From Patescibacteria group bacterium (GTDB lineage: Bacteria > Patescibacteriota > Patescibacteriia > UBA9934), in the NCBI GenBank assembly GCA_041661425.1, contig JBAZUI010000001.1:8507-72506 (forward strand): a stretch of 64,000 nucleotides of DNA. Reading direction: 5' to 3'. The notes under the pieces are model-generated. The model was not told the DNA's origin. It saw only the letters and a list, made by a program, of their open reading frames with translations, and searched no databases. Numbering within the stretch: position 1 is the stretch's first letter; the number at the start of each line of letters is the position of its first letter. This document shows positions 58,768 to 64,000 of this stretch, one piece after another. Both the position numbers and the translations under genes were made by a program.

Positions 58768-60069
58768 TCAAATCGATTTCAATTCCTCTCGCACCACAAT
58801 GCGATCATCCCAATTTGATTTTTTTCCACCAATTACAATGGATTGCTCCGCGCCTTTTCCAGTGATAAGAATAATATCGTCCTTTTTTGCGAGCGAGAGC
58901 GCCTTGCGGATTCCCATGCGCCGATCCTCGATCACGAACAAATTTTCATTTCGAATTTTCCCGAATTTTTCTGCGACGACCGCAATGTCCTCGGCGATTT
59001 CCGTGGGATCATCTTCGTACGGATCAACATTGCTTACCACCACAAAATCCGCCATCGTGGCTGAGAGCTCACCCATGATTGGGCGTTTTGCTTTATCGCG
59101 TCCGCCACCTTCGGCCCCGAGGAGAATGATCGTCCTTGCGCCTGGTTTCTTCATGGCATTCGCGGTTTGCAAAACATGAGTGATACTTTGTTTTTCGTGT
59201 GCATAATCAACAATCACGGTAAAATCTTGCCCTTCATGGATGGTTTCCATGCGCCCGGGAATGAGGCGCAATCCCAAAAGACCGTGAGCGATTTTTTCAT
59301 CATCGATTCCGGCGAGGCGGCCAATAACCACGGCCGGCAGGGCATTTGAAACATTGAATTTTCCAAGAATGCCAAGCGTGATTTTTTTTTCGCCAAGATT
59401 GAATGAAACGCCCGAAGGTGTTTCCTCGATTTCATCCGCCCGATAATCCGCTTTTGCCTCGAGCGCATAGGTGATTTTTTTGTCCGCTGAAAAATTCAAA
59501 AAGTATTCAGCATGCTCACTATCGGCGTTTGCAATAATCACTTTTTCAATACGCTTCCCGTTGATGTTCTTTTCGTGAGTGGTGAGAGTGGCGAACATTT
59601 TTCCTTTCATGGCTTTGTATTTCTCAAAACTTCCACCGTGCGAAGGCAGATGTTCCGGAGTCAAATTTGTAAAAACGCCAATGTCATAATAAACGCCTGT
59701 CTGACGATATTGCTTTAATCCTTCCGAAGTTGTTTCGACAACGCAATAGGTACAACCCGCTTTTACCATCTGCGCCAGAAACTTTTGAATAACCCATCGC
59801 CCCGGCATAGTCATGTGATACTCGTTCATCATCTCTGTTTTTCCAATCCGAATATTTGCCGTGCTCACAATTCCGGTTTCCAGCCCACCAGCCATAAGGA
59901 CGGACCAGATAAAATTCGCGGTAGATGTTTTTCCTTTTGTTCCGGTGACGCCAATCACGATCATTTTCTTGGACGGAAATCCATAAAAAATCGCGGCCGT
60001 CATGGAGACGCAATAATGATAACCAAGAATTAATCGCTCAGGGATGATTTTCTTTAATAGCTTTTTCAT
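58768..60069 (-). CDS. murE: UDP-MurNAc-tripeptide synthetase (Mur ligase)
   Basis: GVTGTKGKTS, E.TSEG, FTNLTPEHL..H, PGRME, DYAH, GGRD..KR, TGKGAE. Confidence 0.92.
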   Translation of the reverse strand: MKKLLKKIIPERLILGYHYCVSMTAAIFYGFPSKKMIVIGVTGTKGKTSTANFIWSVLMAGGLETGIVSTANIRIGKTEMMNEYHMTMPGRWVIQKFLAQMVKAGCTYCVVETTSEGLKQYRQTGVYYDIGVFTNLTPEHLPSHGGSFEKYKAMKGKMFATLTTHEKNINGKRIEKVIIANADSEHAEYFLNFSADKKITYALEAKADYRADEIEETPSGVSFNLGEKKITLGILGKFNVSNALPAVVIGRLAGIDDEKIAHGLLGLRLIPGRMETIHEGQDFTVIVDYAHEKQSITHVLQTANAMKKPGARTIILLGAEGGGRDKAKRPIMGELSATMADFVVVSNVDPYEDDPTEIAEDIAVVAEKFGKIRNENLFVIEDRRMGIRKALSLAKKDDIILITGKGAEQSIVIGGKKSNWDDRIVVREELKSI

Positions 60070-60118
60070 ACCTGGGAATTTTAGCAGTTTGGAGCGATTT
60101 GTTCAAAAATCGTTTGCG

Positions 60119-60338
60119 AAAAAAAATACCCGAGGAATGCTCTGGTATTTTTGGTGGACCTTAAGGGATTTGGCTTCGGCTCTCGTGTCGCCGTCGCTCC
60201 ACTCGGCCTAGCCACCGCCTCGCCATTCCGCCTGCTGGCGGAATAGGGCTCCGGCGTTCGAATCCCCCCGCAAGCCAAATTATTGGCTTGCTCGAAATAC
60301 CAACCCACAAGACTCCAAATTTTTGAAACGCTGTGGGT
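60119..60338 (-). other. tRNA-Ala-associated structured element with duplicated tRNA 3' end
   Basis: 60151-60170 identical to 60338-60357; inverted T-arm copy GTTCGAATCCC at 60256-60266; flanking hairpins. Confidence 0.85.
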
Positions 60339-60415
60339 TGGTGGACCTTAAGGGATTCGAACCCTTGACCTCTTCCATGCCATGGAAGCGCTCTAGCCAA
60401 CTGAGCTAAAGGCCC
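60339..60415 (-). tRNA. tRNA-Ala(GGC)
   Basis: GGGCCTT...CTTCC-AT-GGC-AT-GGAAG...GGTTCGAATCC...AAGGTCC-A-CCA; G3:U70 pair. Confidence 0.97.
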
Positions 60416-60487
60416 TTACCGCGAAAGAATAATAGTAAAAAACGTTCTTTTTGTAAAGAAGGGCATCTTGAGATAAAATAGAGACCT

Positions 60488-60817
60488 ATGAATTTCTCCG
60501 AATATCAAGAAAAGTCACGAAAAACCGCTCTTTACCCCGATCTTGGAAAGAATTTTATTTATCCAACGCTTGGACTTTGCGGAGAAAGCGGTGAGATTGC
60601 GGAGAAGGTCAAGAAAATTATCCGCGATGAAGGTGGAGTGATTACGGAAGAGAAGCGCGTAGAACTTAAAAAAGAATTTGGTGATGTACTCTGGTACTTG
60701 GCGCAACTTGCCACGGAATTCGGGATGGATTTTGATGATGTTGCCTTAACGAATATTGAAAAGCTGAAATCACGCATGGACCGCAATCAAATCTACGGAA
60801 GTGGGGATAATCGATAA
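60488..60817 (+). CDS. MazG-like nucleoside triphosphate pyrophosphohydrolase
   Basis: LGL.GE.GE.AEKVKK, KE.GDVLWY, N.EKL..R......GSGDNR. Confidence 0.92.
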   Translation: MNFSEYQEKSRKTALYPDLGKNFIYPTLGLCGESGEIAEKVKKIIRDEGGVITEEKRVELKKEFGDVLWYLAQLATEFGMDFDDVALTNIEKLKSRMDRNQIYGSGDNR

Positions 60818-60826
60818 GTCAAAGTT

Positions 60827-60850
60827 AAAATCGGCCCGTGGGCCGATTTT
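60827..60850. terminator. bidirectional intrinsic terminator
   Basis: AAAATCGGCCC-GT-GGGCCGATTTT. Confidence 0.88.
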
Positions 60851-61292
60851 ATCGTTGAAGAATAGAGTCAATAATTTCGTGGGCTCTCGTTTTTATTCGA
60901 TTGAATGTTGAAACAATTACTGGCGTACGATCGTTCGTCCGAATATCGAAGGCATTTGGTTCTGTTGCATTTGGGTAGATCTTTTCCACGGCAGCCCCCG
61001 GTGGGGTATAAAATTTTTGAACGGTTATTGGCGTGCGCTCCGTTGTCGCCCCTGGTGGGGTATAGAAAGGATCGTCTGCTACTTGAACCTCATCAAGAAT
61101 TTTTTTTCGCTCTGCATCGCCCGATGCAGCATTCTGATTCATAACGCGATGCATTTCTTCTTCTTGCGCCCGCGTTCTTGCTGTTTCTTGTGCGGTAAAT
61201 TCACGCGCCTCTTTTTTGTCTTTTTGTTTATCTCTTTCAAGAATTGGCGGGGAATATTCCATACCTCGATGCCCGGGATCCGGCTGACTCAT
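60849..61292 (-). CDS. hypothetical protein
   Basis: charged ORF with a repeated FYTPPGA; start uncertain (61292, 61331 or 61340). Confidence 0.65.
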   Translation of the reverse strand: MSQPDPGHRGMEYSPPILERDKQKDKKEAREFTAQETARTRAQEEEMHRVMNQNAASGDAERKKILDEVQVADDPFYTPPGATTERTPITVQKFYTPPGAAVEKIYPNATEPNAFDIRTNDRTPVIVSTFNRIKTRAHEIIDSILQR

Positions 61293-61340
61293 GCGTTCTT
61301 CACCATTGGGTAACTTATAGATGAATCTCATATTGATCAA

Positions 61341-61955
61341 CTATTCTAGGCCTAAAAAATTTCGAATTCCGCTTCGTGCTCGTTGAACAAACGAAGGAAT
61401 TTTGATTTCTTCTGTCGTAGGTTCTTCTTTTTCATCTTCGATTACCGGCTCCGCATCATAGTCGAGGGCGCGATCTGCTCGAAGCGCATCTGGATCCTGA
61501 TAGCGTTCATCCGATGGATCATTGGCAAGTTTATTTATTTTTAATCGTTTTTGTTCTTTTTTATCAGATTTGAGTAACCGTCGAAGCATTTCTGCTGTTA
61601 TTTCGTAGGTGGCATCAACAGGCTGATTCCGTGCAATGGCTTCCAAAAACGCATCGACGTCTTCCGGGATAGGGTCGTGTTCCCGCATTGTTAGTAAATA
61701 ATTTTCTAACTTTTTTTTAAGCGATTCTTTATCGGCCTGAACTTCAGCCTCACTCCTCGCTGACCCTTCCATTCTCATGGCTTGCGCATGCTCCTCGTCC
61801 ATTGATTTCTTAAACCCGTAACGCGCTTCTAGTTGTTCTTGAATGCGTTTTGAACGATCTTCCGCGTTTTCCGCTGAGTGCGTTTCTTGAATCCTTGACG
61901 TTTGACGCTCACTCTCGGCAGGCGATATCCGCTCATTTTCTAAACGTAAATTCAT
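61341..61955 (-). CDS. hypothetical highly charged protein
   Basis: 204 aa ORF rich in E/K/R. Confidence 0.7.
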   Translation of the reverse strand: MNLRLENERISPAESERQTSRIQETHSAENAEDRSKRIQEQLEARYGFKKSMDEEHAQAMRMEGSARSEAEVQADKESLKKKLENYLLTMREHDPIPEDVDAFLEAIARNQPVDATYEITAEMLRRLLKSDKKEQKRLKINKLANDPSDERYQDPDALRADRALDYDAEPVIEDEKEEPTTEEIKIPSFVQRARSGIRNFLGLE

Positions 61956-62004
61956 ATGAATCTATTGTGCCGTAGGACCGAAAATGAGGCAAGAAGGCCT
62001 GTTC

Positions 62005-64000
62005 TTATTTTAGACGAATCTGAATGTTGCCATCCGCGGCATCGATCGTGACTTGTGCATCTTCCGGAACATCACCAGCAACGATTTTCATGGCAAGCGG
62101 ATCAAGAATTTCCGTTTGAATCACACGCTTGAGCGGGCGAGCGCCGTATTGCGGATGATAACCTTTCTTTGCTAATAGTTTCTTTGCCCGATCGGTCACC
62201 TTGAGCGTAATGGATCGTTGATCGCGCAAACGCTTTGAGACCTCAAGAATCTGGAGCTCCACAATATCGGCAATATTCTCTTCGCTCAAGGCATGGAAAA
62301 AAATCACGTCGTCAATACGATTCAAGAATTCCGGCTTGAATTGTTCCTTCAAGAGATCAAGGACTTTTGTTTTTGTCTGTTCTTCGTTTGAAGCCGCATC
62401 GCTTGTAAATCCAATGCTTCCGGCCGTATCGGAATGCAAAATCAAATCCGATCCGGTATTTGAGGTCAGAATAATCACCGTATTTTTGAAGTTGACTTTA
62501 CGGCCTTTGGAATCCGTCAGATGTCCATCATCAAGAATCTGAAGAAGGATATTAAAGATATCCGGATGAGCTTTTTCAATTTCATCAAACAACACAACCG
62601 AGTAGGGATTGCGACGGACTTTTTCCGTGAGCTGGCCCGCTTCATCGTAGCCAATATATCCCGGTGGGGAACCGATCATCTTGGACACGGTGTGTTTTTC
62701 CATGTATTCGGACATGTCCACACGAATAAGAGCTTCTTCATCGTTGAACATAAATTCCGCAAGCGCGCGCGCAAGTTCGGTTTTTCCAACCCCGGTCGGA
62801 CCCAAAAAGATGAAAGAACCGATTGGATGCTTTTCCTCGGAAATACCCGCGCGCGAACGGCGAAGCGCATTGCTCACCGCTTTAATGGCTTCCTCCTGAC
62901 CAATCACACGCTGACGCAATTTTGCCTCCATATCCACGAGTTTCTGCATCTCGCTTTCGAGCATTTTCGTAACCGGAATATGCGTCCAACGGGCAACAAC
63001 CATGGCAATTTCCTCGGCCGTAATCACTTCTTTGAGCAGTCCGCGTTTTTCCTGGAATTTCTTCAGTTCGACCTCGGCGGCCTCCATATCCGCTCGCTGT
63101 TTCGGGATGGCATCGTAACGGATTTCCGCCACTCGTTGAAGATTTCCCAAGCGTTCATTCTGTTCGGCTTCGGTGGTGAGGCGTTCGATTTCATTTTTAT
63201 AATCACGAATCTTTTTAATAAGATCCTTTTCATTTTTCCAACGGAGTTCCAATTCAGAAGATTTTTCTTTGATATCAGCAATGGCTTTTTCAATTTCTTT
63301 CATGCGCGCGAGTGATTCTTTTCCTTCTTCTTTGAGAAGGGATTGTCGCTCGATTTCAAATCGCATTTGTTCACGCTTCATGCGATCCAAATCTTCGGGC
63401 ATGGAATCGATTTGCATGCGAAGCGCGGCCGCTGCTTCATCGATCAAATCAATCGCCTTATCAGGGAGATGGCGATCAGTGATATAGCGAGCCGAGAGCT
63501 CTGCTGCGGCGATAATTGCTTGATCGCTAATGCGCACGCCATGGTGAATTTCGTATTTCTCTTTAATGCCACGCAAAATCGCGATCGTATCAGGAACGGT
63601 TGGCTCCACAATCATGACGGGTTGAAAACGACGCTCAAACGCGGCATCTTTTTCGATGTGTTTTTGATATTCCTTAATCGTGGTCGCACCAATCACACGC
63701 ATTTCACCGCGAGCGAGCGCAGGCTTGAGAAGATTTGACGCATCCATAGGGGACTCATCGCCTTTTCCTGCGCCAACGAGTGTATGAAGCTCATCGATAA
63801 AAAGAATGATTTGACCATTTGCCGCCTCAACCTCGTGGATGACAGCCTTTAATCGCTCTTCAAATTCACCGCGGAATTTTGTTCCCGCAATAAGGGAGCC
63901 TAAATCAAGCGAAACGATCTCACGATTCTTAAGAATCTCGGGAACATCGCCCGAAGTAATGCGCTGGGCCAATCCCTCGATGACCGCTGTCTTTCCAACC
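62005..64000 (-). CDS. clpB: chaperone ClpB (5' part outside the window)
   Basis: [17 protein letters not shown], long middle coiled coil, [32 protein letters not shown]. Confidence 0.96.
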   Translation of the reverse strand, partial: VGKTAVIEGLAQRITSGDVPEILKNREIVSLDLGSLIAGTKFRGEFEERLKAVIHEVEAANGQIILFIDELHTLVGAGKGDESPMDASNLLKPALARGEMRVIGATTIKEYQKHIEKDAAFERRFQPVMIVEPTVPDTIAILRGIKEKYEIHHGVRISDQAIIAAAELSARYITDRHLPDKAIDLIDEAAAALRMQIDSMPEDLDRMKREQMRFEIERQSLLKEEGKESLARMKEIEKAIADIKEKSSELELRWKNEKDLIKKIRDYKNEIERLTTEAEQNERLGNLQRVAEIRYDAIPKQRADMEAAEVELKKFQEKRGLLKEVITAEEIAMVVARWTHIPVTKMLESEMQKLVDMEAKLRQRVIGQEEAIKAVSNALRRSRAGISEEKHPIGSFIFLGPTGVGKTELARALAEFMFNDEEALIRVDMSEYMEKHTVSKMIGSPPGYIGYDEAGQLTEKVRRNPYSVVLFDEIEKAHPDIFNILLQILDDGHLTDSKGRKVNFKNTVIILTSNTGSDLILHSDTAGSIGFTSDAASNEEQTKTKVLDLLKEQFKPEFLNRIDDVIFFHALSEENIADIVELQILEVSKRLRDQRSITLKVTDRAKKLLAKKGYHPQYGARPLKRVIQTEILDPLAMKIVAGDVPEDAQVTIDAADGNIQIRLK

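Noticed and set aside
62521-63315. 264-aa ORF antisense to clpB (and similar ORFs opposite dnaK, priA, dusB)
   Set aside because: Common antisense shadows of conserved genes
1-64000. CRISPR array or cas genes
   Set aside because: No repeat occurs three or more times with regular unique spacers; the 34-bp and 23-bp repeats occur twice and bracket genes

Overview
Bacterial chromosomal window (genetic code 11, moderate GC). Gene content points to a Patescibacteria/CPR genome (inference from the short HrcA, AlaS without C-Ala, degenerate PriA, orphan VirD4-like ATPase, pilM/pilin/pilD and DsbA/VKOR). Core blocks are hrcA-grpE-dnaK-dnaJ with a variant CIRCE, cysS, dnaX, mnmA-lepA, recJ-rnhA-pilM-pilD-ligA-gatCA-lgt-dsbA, rimK/dus, era, murJ-alaS, the infA-rpmJ-rpsM-rpsK-rpsD-rpoA-rplQ-rplM-rpsI cluster, a glycan locus, fmt-def-priA, murE and a partial clpB, plus three tRNAs (Gln-TTG, Arg-CCG, Ala-GGC). 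Three unexplained signals stand out. (1) Two different tRNA genes are each followed by a ~175-190 bp structured element that begins with an antisense copy of the T-arm and ends in a second copy of that tRNA's own 3' end with CCA and a terminator. (2) There are two translation regimes: many core genes appear near-leaderless without Shine-Dalgarno, while seven dispersed GC-rich single-gene cassettes each have a TTGAC-17-(-10) promoter and a strong SD, five of them also a 3' hairpin. (3) At least four families of short palindromes or repeats are associated with a DUF559 nuclease, a RAYT-like transposase remnant, a HigBA module and the cassettes. All coordinates and alignments were read by eye; no database search was run.
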